This document shows positions 19,938 through 32,300 of a DNA stretch of 64,000 nt, piece after piece. Location: positions 1,566 to 65,565 of the forward strand of contig JAJZNV010000014.1 in the NCBI GenBank assembly GCA_021852265.1. Reading direction: 5' to 3'. Every line of letters starts with the position of its first letter. Within the stretch, counting starts at the first letter, position 1. The DNA comes from Nanobdellota archaeon. Lineage in GTDB: Archaea; Nanobdellota; Nanobdellia; Parvarchaeales; Parvarchaeaceae. The notes under the pieces are model-generated. The model did not search any database and was not told where the DNA came from. It saw nothing but the letters and a program-made list of their open reading frames with translations. The translations under genes were made by a program, and so were the position numbers.

Positions 19938-21846
19938 ATCTCTTTTTGAATGACTGCTTTATTGATTTAACTAGTTTTCGTTTACTCGCGTTGTCTACCA
20001 TTGCATTTTCAATAACATCTATTATGTTCTTAACAGGGATTATTTTTATGTGAACATTATTCTGATGCACTACATCACCAAGGTTCGAAAAAGGTATTAT
20101 TACCTCTTTTATACCGGCGTTGGCCGCAGCTTCTATTTTAGAGTTAACGCCACCTATAGGTAGTACCTCTCCTAATATAGAGACTGAACCAGTCATCGCC
20201 GCAGACTGTTTTATTGGTATTCCTGTAAGAGCGGAGAGTATACTTACTGCGACGCTAATACTTGCACTGTCCCCCTCTACACCGGAGTAAGCCTGCAAGA
20301 ATTGGATGTGTATATCATAATTTGTAAGTGGCTCCTTTGCATATAGTTTGATTATAGCGGATACGTTCTTAACAGCTTCTTGTGCTATCTCACCAAGCTT
20401 TCCGGTCGCAATTATCTCTCCGGCACCCTTGCGCATGCTTTTCGTTACTATTGCCTCTATAGGCAGAAGCAGACCTGAATCAGAATTCTCAATTACTGCA
20501 AGACCATTCACCCTGCCGACTCTAGATCCGCTGATCTGTATTACATCGTAGTCCTTCTTCTCCCGTATATATCTCGATGCAATTTGCTGCTCAAATGAGT
20601 TTGCAAAGCTTTTCGCCTTTTCAACGTCCTCAACCGTAACGGCAGCGTGTTTGTTCTCTTTTGCTACATCTCCTGCGACACGTATTATGCCACCCAGCTC
20701 CCTAAGCCTTAACGTAAGTGCGTTTTTTCTGCCAGATTTGACTCTTGCCTCCTTCACTATTTCTGCGGCAGCTCCTTTAGAAAAGGGAGGGATCTTCTTG
20801 TCTTTTGCAACCTCTTGAGCAATAAACCTGGCAAGTCTATCCCGATTCTCGACGGTGTCTGGCATTGTATCATTCATATATACCTCATAGCCATACCCTC
20901 TGATTCTTGAACGTAGCGCAGGACTCATATTCGATATAGAGGCGGGATTTCCTGCCCCAACTAGTATAAAATCACATGGCACCGGCTCCGTTTTTACCAT
21001 TGCACCAGCACTTCTTTCACTTCTACCGGTTATGGCTGATTTTCTTTCCTGCATCGCTGTCAAAAGCTGGATCTGCGTTTCTGGGGACAAGTTGGCTATT
21101 TCATCTATAAACAGAACCCCCCCATTCGCCTTGTGTATATCGCCAAGGACCACTCTCTCATGCGCAGGTGTTCCTAACCCACCAGACTGAAATGGGTCGT
21201 GCTGTACATCGCCCAACAATGCTCCTTCGTGTGCGCCGGTGGCGTCTACGAAAGGTGCATGCTTTACATTCGAGTTGTCAAGAAGAAGCTTTGGAGCAGG
21301 CAATGATATCCTTTGTTTACCAAGACGGTACATCAGCAATACTATAAGGAAACCTATCAGCATAGTTATTATAAATAAGGTACCGGATATCTGATTAGCT
21401 GCTGCCAGTATATCGTTTGACTGAGAAGAAGTCCAGATGTTTACTACATAGGTTGCAATAAAGAATGCAACCAATAATCCGAGAAATATCAGCATACTGT
21501 TATTGCCGTTCAAAGCTGCAAGGTTCTTCGCTTTAGCTTGTGCAATTATCCGTTTACCCTCCCCTGCAGGTACTGTTTTTATTATCGGCTCGTTTTCATC
21601 CTTTGGATTCGGTAAAGATATCATATCTGCCAGTTTTTCGGAAGGTAACAATTCAGAAAGCGCCTGCCCGAGCATGCTCTTACCGGTTCCAGGTATGCCT
21701 ATAAGTAAAACGTTGCGTCTCTGGATAGCAGCTTTTTTTATTATTTCTGCCGCTTGTTCCTGGCCTATTACCTGCTCAATCATCTTATTAGGAGTCTTTA
21801 TATCATCCGTTGTTTTAAATGGTATACTAAATACATCATCCGCCAT
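19924..21846 (-). CDS. lonB: Membrane-bound ATP-dependent protease LonB
   Basis: GIPGTGKS, two TM helices inside the AAA domain, HDPFQSGGL, catalytic EGDSAS and GVNSK. Confidence 0.97.
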   Translation of the reverse strand: MADDVFSIPFKTTDDIKTPNKMIEQVIGQEQAAEIIKKAAIQRRNVLLIGIPGTGKSMLGQALSELLPSEKLADMISLPNPKDENEPIIKTVPAGEGKRIIAQAKAKNLAALNGNNSMLIFLGLLVAFFIATYVVNIWTSSQSNDILAAANQISGTLFIITMLIGFLIVLLMYRLGKQRISLPAPKLLLDNSNVKHAPFVDATGAHEGALLGDVQHDPFQSGGLGTPAHERVVLGDIHKANGGVLFIDEIANLSPETQIQLLTAMQERKSAITGRSERSAGAMVKTEPVPCDFILVGAGNPASISNMSPALRSRIRGYGYEVYMNDTMPDTVENRDRLARFIAQEVAKDKKIPPFSKGAAAEIVKEARVKSGRKNALTLRLRELGGIIRVAGDVAKENKHAAVTVEDVEKAKSFANSFEQQIASRYIREKKDYDVIQISGSRVGRVNGLAVIENSDSGLLLPIEAIVTKSMRKGAGEIIATGKLGEIAQEAVKNVSAIIKLYAKEPLTNYDIHIQFLQAYSGVEGDSASISVAVSILSALTGIPIKQSAAMTGSVSILGEVLPIGGVNSKIEAAANAGIKEVIIPFSNLGDVVHQNNVHIKIIPVKNIIDVIENAMVDNASKRKLVKSIKQSFKKRYAGE

Positions 21847-21914
21847 ATACTCTCTCAGTTAACATTTGTTTTTATGTCTTTATTTGTATATTTTGCCAAT
21901 TTAGAAACATCTAA

Positions 21915-22193
21915 CTATATCTGAGCAGGAGTCTCCTCCTCTGATGGAGAGGTCACAATATTGGAGATGATTACTATATCATCTATGGCCCTGACCAAGT
22001 TGTGCTGTATGATAGCACCTTTCGCACCTTTTATCATCTTTGAAAGATTAGAAGCTGCACCGGCTTTAACACGCCATCCAACAACCCTATTATCCTGGAT
22101 TATCGCTTCATCTACATCGCCAAAATAAGAACCGCTGTCAGTATAAACCTTAAGACCGTATGTATTTGTTATCTTTTTTAGTTTTAAAGCCAT
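21915..22193 (-). CDS. PRC-barrel domain protein (CdpB-like)
   Basis: GLKVYTDSGSYFGDVDE and VRAIDDIVII. Confidence 0.85.
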   Translation of the reverse strand: MALKLKKITNTYGLKVYTDSGSYFGDVDEAIIQDNRVVGWRVKAGAASNLSKMIKGAKGAIIQHNLVRAIDDIVIISNIVTSPSEEETPAQI

Positions 22194-22242
22194 AAGATGG
22201 TTTGTTTTTACTTCTTTAAATACTTTTTTAGCAAAATAAACT

Positions 22243-22773
22243 TTAATAGGGGCATCGGCTCTTATAAACGAGTATTAATCTACACGGACTGTTCTTTGTA
22301 TCATTTATGCTCTCGTTTGTAAACTCGAGGGTATACGCCCCAGAGATATTATTCTTGACCGACAGACTATACAACCCCAGCAATAACCGGTAACGATCGC
22401 CATATCGCCCCGCCGATAAAAACGTTACTTTCCCAGCGTTTATGCCATCTGGAGGAACTACTTTGTACAGAGAGTTTGAGCATGGCTTAAAAAACGTGGC
22501 AAGCGCAGGTTCAATCGGCTTGGCATCATGCATTATCTTAGGTATTGAGATATTGCCTTTGACATCCTTCTTTTTGAACAAAGTATGGAACAATAACCCC
22601 GAACATTTATCTCCCGGATCAAAGTTTCCGTCTATCACCTCCGCAACGAATTGAGTATTCTCATCCAACAATATTTTCATAAGCATGCGTTTGGGATCTC
22701 TATACCCAATAAACGAGAATTCCGTTTGTTTGCCGACCATTTTCTCTAGTTTTGATTCAAGGTTTTTATCCAT
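22243..22773 (-). CDS. Hypothetical protein
   Basis: 176-aa ATG-start ORF; no motif recognised. Confidence 0.7.
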   Translation of the reverse strand: MDKNLESKLEKMVGKQTEFSFIGYRDPKRMLMKILLDENTQFVAEVIDGNFDPGDKCSGLLFHTLFKKKDVKGNISIPKIMHDAKPIEPALATFFKPCSNSLYKVVPPDGINAGKVTFLSAGRYGDRYRLLLGLYSLSVKNNISGAYTLEFTNESINDTKNSPCRLILVYKSRCPY

Positions 22774-22808
22774 GTTCTGATATAGATTATATCTAATATT
22801 AAAATCTT

Positions 22809-23243
22809 TTAAAGATCTACTTCCTCCCAGCTTACACGGCCAGTTTCAACAGCATCTTTTACCATCTGTTCCGCTCTATTTAAGCTGGAGTGCCCCGTTT
22901 TCAATTCAATGAATTTTATCTTTACCTCCTTGTCTACGCCATCACGGGCTTCTGACAGGCCTTCAAATATTATATAATCAACCGGACTGCCTAAAAACCT
23001 GAAGTCTGCGAGGTCTCCTAATTTGTTATACAGTACTGGAAATAACTGCTCGCTTATCTTTCCTTTTATTACGGGCCGCTGGATGGCTAATGATTTTGCT
23101 ACCTCTTTTCTCAGCCTTTCTTGCAGCCACATATTAAAAAGTCTTGCGGCTAAACGCTTCACCAGCACCCACATCAAAATAATAAATAAAAGAGAAAAGC
23201 CAAGTGCCCCAATAATTAACCCTTCCAAAAAGTCATATACCAT
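22809..23243 (-). CDS. Membrane-anchored Holliday-junction-resolvase-like nuclease (Endonuc_Holl family)
   Basis: N-terminal TM; GKISEQLFP, DFRFLGSPVDYIIF.G, FIELKTG (PD-(D/E)xK). Confidence 0.88.
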   Translation of the reverse strand: MVYDFLEGLIIGALGFSLLFIILMWVLVKRLAARLFNMWLQERLRKEVAKSLAIQRPVIKGKISEQLFPVLYNKLGDLADFRFLGSPVDYIIFEGLSEARDGVDKEVKIKFIELKTGHSSLNRAEQMVKDAVETGRVSWEEVDL

Positions 23244-23556
23244 ATAATAATATGATAACGCGGCAAGGATAATAACTTTAAAAAGCTAAACGTGGCTTTA
23301 TCACATATATTCAGTATTTCCGAAAGTGGCGATCTAAAAATAAACGGATTTAGATATAAAAGCTTTGTGTAAAAAGACATTTTAAGTAAAAATATAGGTT
23401 ATAGATATAAGAAGATTAGATAACTGTAGATTGTATGTTAGAGACTTATTATGATAAAATAAAAAGGCTGGCGGAAGAGGGCTTCGAAGCGTTCTACAAA
23501 AATATCAGAACGAACTAGGGAGCTCACGAAAGCGTTATACAGAAGAGAACCTATAC

Positions 23557-24474
23557 TCAACATCGAACTCCGGGCACGGGGCAAGCTCCTATAATATCAA
23601 AGGAGATTGTTGCTTTGTCAACACCCGTGCCATTGGGATATCTTAAATACATACCAGTTAATAGACTTGGCAGAGAACCTGCAACCGAATTATTAATTCC
23701 AAGACTGCAGTAGAAGTAATGACCGGCATAATATAAGCCACTTTCGTTTTGATAGCATGTTTTATTAAATAAGATTTGACCAGCGGAATTTTGAATCTGA
23801 ATAAGTTTAGTGACACTAAAATTTGCCTCTTCTGGAACTGTAATATTAGAAGCACCAAGGAAAATACTGTTAGAAATTACGAGCACTTTTGACATAGAAA
23901 TTGGAGTAAATGTTGTTACACCATTTGACTCAGTTATATAAAATGCTTGTCCTAAATCGTCTGACGATAAATTTTTGCTCGGTAGAAAAGCAATGCCAGA
24001 AAACGTATTTCCTTTTAAACCATAAAATACATTTGTATACGGACCGGGCAGATTTACTATTTGATAATTATATGGGCTAGTATTATCATTAATATTCAAG
24101 TTTATGCTCGAACCTTCTCCAACGTTATTAAAATTAACTATCTTGCCAAAGAGGGTCGCTGTAAAATTATATTCATAGTATGTGCCACTTACATTAACAA
24201 ATAAATATTTATCAAAATTCGTAGTTAAAGAATAATTAAGAGAATTATTGAACGGACTCACTGACTGCCAATTTACTCTACAAAATCCATTTGAATTTGT
24301 AATACAACTTCCATTGTATGCTGTTGTGAAATAGTCAATTTTGACTATAACGGCAAGCCCCCCGCCCTGCCCAGGCGACATAAGTACAGAGAAAAACCCA
24401 TTCCAAAATAGTATCCCAACGACTATAATTATTAGGAGCACAAATACGACCAGCACTGTACGGCCTTTAGACAT
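23557..24474 (-). CDS. Membrane-anchored surface hypothetical protein
   Basis: MSKGR plus a hydrophobic helix; N/S/T-rich ectodomain with Cys pairs. Confidence 0.78.
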   Translation of the reverse strand: MSKGRTVLVVFVLLIIIVVGILFWNGFFSVLMSPGQGGGLAVIVKIDYFTTAYNGSCITNSNGFCRVNWQSVSPFNNSLNYSLTTNFDKYLFVNVSGTYYEYNFTATLFGKIVNFNNVGEGSSINLNINDNTSPYNYQIVNLPGPYTNVFYGLKGNTFSGIAFLPSKNLSSDDLGQAFYITESNGVTTFTPISMSKVLVISNSIFLGASNITVPEEANFSVTKLIQIQNSAGQILFNKTCYQNESGLYYAGHYFYCSLGINNSVAGSLPSLLTGMYLRYPNGTGVDKATISFDIIGACPVPGVRC

Positions 24475-24638
24475 AAAATACCTTTCCCCCTGGCAATTAA
24501 TAAACCTTTGTTTTTTATTCGGAAGATTCCGAATTGTTATATTTTACTGACTTATCTCTACTTTGGTTTATAATTTAAAGATATAATAATTGTAACAGGA
24601 TATTCGAAAACCTGTTTGCTTATTCATATAATTTAAAT

Positions 24639-25343
24639 TTAATTATGTTCAGTCGAGCCGACATTTTTGACTGTTTTTAGCATGTGTTTTTCATAAATTC
24701 TTACGTAATAAATTGCTTTGTTTCCTGAAACGATGGCTTTTATTGGTATAAATTTCATTAGAGCTTTATACAAAGGTATATCTCTTCTTTTAGCTATTAT
24801 GTATATCTGTAGTCCGTCTTATAACAGTCGTATAACCTATTCCAAAAGCCTCTGCAATTTCTACTTTAGACATTCCTCTCCTAACCAAATATCTTATTTT
24901 ATGCTTTAGCTTTTTAGGATATGGTATCTTATTTCTCGGAAAATATCGGCCGTCCAATTATATACACTCTTAGCGCTTATTCCTAATTTGTAACCGGTAA
25001 GAATTTTGAACGTTCCGTTTAATACCATCTCCCTCACCTTTTGTTTTAATTCCAAAGAGTACTTATCTTTTTTAGGGTTTGGTAACTTCCATTTATATAA
25101 AGTACTGGCAGATAAGTTCAATTGCTTAGCTATTTCTATTTTACTAGCTCCATATTGTGCCATTTTAAATGCGTTATCAAAAACTTCTTTTGGATGTCTA
25201 TTTGTTTTACAATAACCTCTTACCCAAACTCTAACTGTGTTATATAAGACACTCAATTCATTCGAAATTTGTGGTATTGATTTACCATCTTTGGCCATTT
25301 GTTTGGCTTTTTCTACAAGCTCCTTCGAGTGCTCCATATCCAT
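24639..25343 (-). pseudogene. Frameshifted tandem helix-turn-helix repeat protein (4 HTH units)
   Basis: Three HTH units in the annotated frame. A fourth (YPKKLKHKIRYLVRRGMSKVEIAEAFGIGYTTVIRRT) continues in the -1 frame from ~24940. A further open stretch in another frame ends at 24639. Confidence 0.7.
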
Positions 25344-25509
25344 ATTAGAAAAGATTTTATTAAAGCTAATTTCTATTATTGCCAAAATAACTTAAATTCT
25401 AAGTAAATATTTGCAGAAGCTATGGTATATAAAATTAAAGTAATAGGCTACCAGTTGAGTTCTGTGAAGCTCATTGCCAATTTTTTACCTTCAGGAGTAC
25501 TGATATTAT

Positions 25510-25581
25510 TGTCGGGGGTGGGATTTGAGCCCACGACCTCCACCTCATGAGGGTGGCGTACTACCGCTGTACTACCCCGAC
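25510..25581 (-). tRNA. tRNA with CAT anticodon (probably elongator Met); atypical G37 and C54
   Basis: GTCGGGG/CCCCGAC-A; D stem GTAC/GTAC; CCACC-CTCATGA-GGTGG; GTGGG-CTCAAAT-CCCAC. No initiator features. Confidence 0.88.
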
Positions 25582-25737
25582 ATAGAATGTGCAGTTATTT
25601 TAAAACCGCCTGCTGATTTTAATTGTATTCTCTTTGCAAATTTATGCTTTTTAGAGTATTCCGTTTTTAGGAAAATACGGCACAGGAGGTGCTTAGTAAA
25701 CTATTGATACCAAATACCTTCTAAGTGAATAATTGAT

Positions 25738-26307
25738 ATGGAGAATGTAAAAAGTTTGGAATCAAGGTTATTAATAGATATGGCAAATGCGCTTAAAACC
25801 GCGATTGATGCCTTCTCAAAAATCGACGGTGGAAAATCAGATTCAACCTTTTATAGGGTATTCGCGGAGGAGTTATACAAGACCGCAGTTGGCAATGATG
25901 CTTATCGAAAGATTAATAGTGAGGTCCTAAACAATAAAATCATACCAAATATTTATGATACTTTGAAGATAGCCGAATCACTTGCACTAGAGGACCCCGC
26001 CACCTTCACAAAGGTTAATAAGATGGCGAAAAGGGAAATAAATAAAACAGAGGGTATACTTAAAGTTATGCCAAATTTTCCGCCGGCATATAACCCGTAT
26101 CACTCACTGAAAGAGTACACGCTAAGTGCCTTAATACATGCATCTGAGAACACAGAGTTTGAGCTTAGAGGTATGGAACCGGTATTCAATCTTTATTTCC
26201 TCATTAACGCCGGTGATACGTACATCGGTAAAAGAACAAGGCTATTACTCTATTTTAAAGAATGGGGTCCAATGGAATATTTCTGCGGTAGTCTACATAG
26301 AGTATAA
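25738..26307 (+). CDS. Hypothetical protein
   Basis: 189-aa ATG-start ORF convergent on the giant gene. Confidence 0.72.
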   Translation: MENVKSLESRLLIDMANALKTAIDAFSKIDGGKSDSTFYRVFAEELYKTAVGNDAYRKINSEVLNNKIIPNIYDTLKIAESLALEDPATFTKVNKMAKREINKTEGILKVMPNFPPAYNPYHSLKEYTLSALIHASENTEFELRGMEPVFNLYFLINAGDTYIGKRTRLLLYFKEWGPMEYFCGSLHRV

Positions 26308-26341
26308 AAACAGGTTAAACTGAATTTTTTATTATAACTGA

Positions 26342-29300
26342 TTATGATTTATAACCTATGTGCAGCGTTACTGTACTACCTGCAGCGGCAGTTCCACTCG
26401 TCGGGCTGAAATAGTAGGAACTGAATGTTCCGGGATTATTCTGACAGTTCTTTGGACTTCCGCCATCCGAACTTACTGACCATTTATAGTTACCGCCTAT
26501 TTCATACCCATAATTCTGATTGTCCCAGAACGCTTCTGAAGAGCCATACTCATTAAGGTTCTGAGAACTGTCATAAGATGGAGTCCATTCACAGTTGTAA
26601 GGATTATTATCAGAAACTGCAAAGGTTGTTATTGTATAAAAATTAAAGGTATATGAACTACCCGGAGCGAGGGTGCCCGGTTCCAGACAGTCTCCATAAG
26701 AACATTGGTATGCATTCGAAGCGAGGGCGCCATATAAAAGTGCACCCGCTGAAGCTTGCGTGTCAGAACTGCCGTTGGTCGAATTCGAAATGTAGTATTG
26801 GCCAGTACTTCCAAACCCATCTACCTTTATGCTCGACGGGGCAGTAGCAGAAGCAGTCTGGCCTAAGTATTTTACACTCCAGCTAAAACCACTAGGTATA
26901 TTGTTTTCACTGAAAGTTGTGTAACAGTAGAAACCTATGTTTTGAGTAGAGGTACCTGGTCCGACATTCACGCTTCCAGAAGAAGGAGAAATTGTCGGAT
27001 TCAAACATTCCGAACCTATGTAGCTTACGCTATACTGATAATCTCCTAATGGGAGGCCATTCAATGTGATTGTTGATGCACTTGAACTAGACCAGCCACT
27101 TGTTCCCTGTCCATTAGTGTATGTAAGATTCCAAAACTCATTTAAGCCCTCGCCTGGATCACCGGTCTCACTAAATGTTAGCGAACAAGAAGTTGGGCTA
27201 AAGCTTATACTATTTATGGTGCCTGCTTCTATACTCCCAGTACCGGGGTTAGGGCTATAGACACAACCTCCTGCATTTGAGTTCGCTGTACTAAACTGAT
27301 AATACGTACTTGCTGTGGTGGAAAAGCCTATTGAAGATGCGGAAGAGCTTTGCGTGACTGCAGTGCTTAATGGATTAAGTGTAACGCTCCATGTGGTACC
27401 GCTAGGAAGACCTGTCTCAATAAATGTCGTTACGCAAGCAGAGTTTTTAGTAAATGCTATCTTAGTGGGGGAACCGCTAATCGGCAGGCTGCCAGAGGAT
27501 GGCGAAGGCGAGTAAGAACCACAAGAACCCACTGAATTTGGAGGATATGCTGTCGCAACCGAGAAAGAATAGCTACCCGCTGGGTTTAGATCGGAAACCG
27601 TCATATTCAAGGCAGTATCGGCCAGTGTAGTACCGCTGGTGTCATTAGCACTCTGAGTCACCCCTGCATATGTTACGTACCATACTGTATTAGCAGGTAG
27701 GCTGCTCTCCATGAAACCTATATTGCAGGTGTCCAAAAAGGTGACTGCATTTGACCCAGATGTCATCGGTGTGTAAGCAATGTAATTTGTCTTTTGCCCC
27801 ACGCCAACATTATTTGGAACATAAACATGCTGTGATGGAGGTGCAGAGAACTCACACTCTCCCCAATAAGTCTGCAAAGCACTTTGGATGAGAGATGAAG
27901 CCTGTGAGATGCTGTAATTTGAAATGATATAATTTCCTGGATTCTGTAAAAGTATCCCGTCGACAGGGGTGGATGCTGCTAAGGTAATATTCGGGCCGGT
28001 AGGGAGGTAAACCTCAGTAGAGCCACTTATATTCTTTACGCACTGTCCTTTGTATATCAAACAATACCACCACTTCAATGATTTTGCCGTATATTTACTA
28101 TAAGTAACACTCCAAAGCGTATTCGGAGGTATATTCGTCCTGTTAAAACTAACATAGGAGGGAGTAGATTTGGCTGAGGATGAGAATTGTACATATGTCG
28201 TCGATCCGGCAGTCACCGTTCCAGAGGTTGGTGAAGGCGGTTCGTCTGTAAGGTTTCCATAGTAGTTAGTCCCATATGAGTAACTATTAAGAGTTAATAC
28301 CCTCCCGGCAGACGGTAGTGTAAAGTAGAATAGCCCCGTATATGAATCATACGCGACGCTGCCCGCACACAAACTCAACGGAAGACCTATTGCTTTTAAT
28401 TTCGCATCAGTTGAATTATAAGCATCTATACTACAATTTCTTGAATTGACTGCGTATAAGTATCCATCTTTTGAATTAAATGTGAATCCTGTAGCAGCAG
28501 ACATCGAGCTTATGTTCTTTATTATGCTTTGCGATAACTGCGAGGATTCGGATTGTGTATTATTCGAGGAGTATACTCTATCTGAAATGTTAAGGATGTA
28601 TAAGCCATACGGCCCCCCTGTATACAACTTCCCATTCGCATAAAGCATTGTGTTTGTATTTATCACGTTTGCAGCAAGATACGCAAATACGGAATTCGAT
28701 GAAGGATTTATTACGCCGACGCCTCCACCAAGATCTACAAAGTAGACATAACCAACCGCCCCGATGTAATCTATCGCTCCCAGCCCTTGTGGTTTCGGAC
28801 CCTTGGTATTTTCATACACTTTAAGTGTAGCGACTATAGAATTAGAGCTAGTTGAGATAATAGAAATTGTCTGGGAAGTCGAATAATAGCCGCAGCCGGT
28901 TCCGCAAGAGCCTTCAAACGTTATTTTACCCTTATTGACAGTATATAGGTCTCCATTAGTAGGGTCATATGTTATTCCCAATGTTGTATTATCAGTATTT
29001 ATCACGGATACTACCGACGTTCCGCTTATAACCGAAATGCTGTTAGAGGCGCCATTTGCAACGTAGATGTACTGATTCTGAGGGTCGTATACAATTGCAT
29101 CTGGATTATTGCCAACGCCGCTTGTTATGTTTGCTATCACGGTATTACTGGTGGAAGAGATCACAGATATGCTATTGGAGGCGCCATTTGCAACGTAGAT
29201 GTACTGATTCTGAGGGTCGTATACAATTGCATCTGGATTATTGCCAACACGCAGAAGGTTTATATCGGCGTTATTTGCATATGAACTTATATTATAAGGA

Positions 29301-32300
29301 TAATTTCCGGCAGGTAAAATCGGGAAGACAATGGATGTTGACGAACCAGACAAAGATGTCTGTGTACTCTTTTTGAGTCCGCCGTAGTTTACTGTCCATG
29401 TATATCCTGCGGGAAGATTGTATTCCGTAAAAGTCGTGATGCAGCGTGTTGAGGAGTTTGCTTTCACATTTAACGTTGAACCTGCTTCCAACTTACCTGC
29501 AGAGGGCAGGAAGGAATAATAGGTTGTACACGTCGGATTTCCATTATTATCATAGGAAGAGTTTGATGCTGCGTACACTGAATAAGAATAATTCCCTACG
29601 TTTGTGAAGAAGCCTATATCTGTCGGGGAAAGTGACGAGTTCTGAGTACCAGCATAATTCACTGTCCAGCGCGCCCCGGAGATTAGTCCACTTTCTGCAA
29701 AGGTTGTTATGCATTTGACTGACGATATATTAAATACAATGTTAACTATGCTACCCGCAGATGCTCTGCCACTCCCAGGAACTGGAGAATATGTAGTGAA
29801 ACAACTACCTGATGAAACGGTTATGTTATCCACAAGAAAGCTAGGTTCTGCAAGTAGGGTGCCATTCACAAGTGCATCTATTTGGCTCACGTGTGATACG
29901 AAGTGTTTACCGGCGTATTTCATCTGCCAGCCAAACGTACTGAGGGTGGACTGAGGCAGCCCACTTTCTATAAATTCGGTAGGAGGATAAAAGGACAATT
30001 TTGATGTGCCTAAAGTCGTATTAACATCATAAACATTCACTGGAACTATGTTATAGCTCTTCGGTGATACTAAGAGGGTATAACTTATATTCCAAAGTGT
30101 CGGAAGATTGTATCCAAGGTAATACTGTGATCCGATGGTAAACGTTGTATTTCCTGGTGTCTGGTAAAGACAACTTACAATGTAGCCATAGAGCCTATTA
30201 TTTATGTTATTGCATTCTTCATCAGAAGATATATTCAAATGCCAGGTCCCCCCTGTGTACTGGGATGAAAATGATCTAGAGTTTCCATTGCTGCAATTAG
30301 CGTTAATACTATATGCGCTTCCGAGTGTGTCATAGACATTCACGGTCGGGTCAGCCGTGTTTCCTGTCTCACTAACACTGTAGAACTGCAACGCGTGAAG
30401 TCCCTGATTTAGGGCTCCAAGGGATAAATATATCCCATTCAAATACTGCTGTGGCAGGCTTTGACCGGAACAGAGTTGGCCTTCTCCCAGACCATACAAT
30501 GCATAATCTATATGATTTCCATTACCGCCGATGCAGTTGGCAGAGGTTCCCCCGGTAAAAATATTCATAGCATAATCATAAATGCTGCCATTCGCTAACG
30601 CAGGTATACCATATATCTTAAAGTACGGATTCTGCAATAGAAGTACATTCAGCAAATCAAAAGGATATACAGATGACTTGAAGAGTGCTGCCTGAGGAAT
30701 GTTAGACAAGAAAAGATTGCTTGGATACAATTTCGTAAAGATGTTATTTATTTCATACTGTGACACTGATAAACCGCTCATGTACTGGTCTTTTACCACA
30801 GCCTGTGACCCGCTCGGTGGAATTGACACATTTGTTGGAACTGTCGCATTGATAACACCTAAGCCTACACCTATTAAAGAGCTATTATCATACTGCAGCA
30901 CATATGAGGCGTTTACCTTGGCTGATATTCCAGAATGATACGCTATGCAACCATCCGTTACTGTTGGCGTCGTGTATCCTTCTGGTGCATTGTTGCAACC
31001 AAGTGGAGTTTGACCGTAACTTCCGTTATCTCCGCCGACTGGGGTTGAAATGAAAGTCGTATTAAATTTGATGTATTTCATTCCAAGACAGGATGTGGGG
31101 AGCGGTGGGATGGATTCATTGTAGGGCATATTATTTGCAGGAAGCGCACACGATTCTATAGTTCCCGAGTATCCTGCGGGGCAAGAATAAGTTGATTTAA
31201 AGTTCATTCCATTAGGACCCGAGAATGTTGTAGTCACTGCTGGCTGTGAAATATTGTATGCGTCCCTGGTTGCAAGGCATCCTCCAACCTCGGCGAGGGG
31301 ATACCCTTGTGCATTATTGGTTGTGGAGTATGGCATCCATTTTACCGCAATCCCACTTTGTATGTTTTCATTAATGAAGTCCGTTACATTGCCACAGAAA
31401 TTACTACTAAGCATTCCCGTCGGATTTGATTCTGAAACGCCTCCAGTAGAAACTGAACTCATAGTGATGCCTGATGAAACCAAGTTGGGAATGCTACCTG
31501 AAACGGTACATGAAAATGTGAGTACACCTGTATCCACGCCTATCTGTGTATTAGAATAGCTTGCTGCACAATTATTACCATTGTTTCCATAATCACACGA
31601 CACGGTTGTATTTGTATAGCGAGTGTGTGGCAAACCGATGCTTTGATTACCTGAGTAATACCAGCCGTTACAATTGAAGGACAGCGTATTTATTTGAATC
31701 TGGTTGCCAGAGTTCTCATTCGCATTCAACTGGTATTTCGCAGTGGCTTGAGAGGGGGCGGATACCTGTCCAGATTCGACTGCGGGAATTGATTCCAGTG
31801 ACAGCGCACCGTCTGTTGGCGCACATGAATATTGAGAAGTTATGAGACAGCCCCCTCCAATATAATCTGCCTTTGAGTTTCCGATAGTGCTATTTGGTAT
31901 CCCTTCTATGCCATCCAATGATCCATTCATAAGCTGAACCCCTCCTGCTATCGGGGCGGTACACGTTGTATAATTCTGCACCGTAGTATTAACAGGACAT
32001 GACATTATACTACCTGCATTCGAATTCAAACTCAATATAACTCCCCCACTTGGGAATGCAGACTGCATCAAAGGCGCAGTATGCGTGGCTAAGAAAGCTT
32101 CGGTCGGATTCTGAGGGTTATATTTTACCCATGAACCGTTTACATTTAATTGTGGCCAGGTAAGAACATACAGTTTTTCGGAGGATACAGTCTGTACACT
32201 GCCTTGACCAGTTATGTTGCCAGTTAATTCACAATTCCCATAAAGTGTTTCATTTAGACCCGATGCAGTCGTCAGGTTGTATATTCCAGGGATATAATTC

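Noticed and set aside
23469-23488. TGGCGGAAGAGGGCTTCGAA, resembling the reverse complement of a tRNA 3' end (possible att site)
   Set aside because: It does not match the adjacent tRNA(CAT), the acceptor part is too short, and no integrase is present.
29046-29248. Direct repeat as a CRISPR array or DGR template/variable repeat pair
   Set aside because: Only two copies, in frame inside a protein repeat. The core is identical, with no adenine-specific differences. No cas or reverse transcriptase gene in the window.
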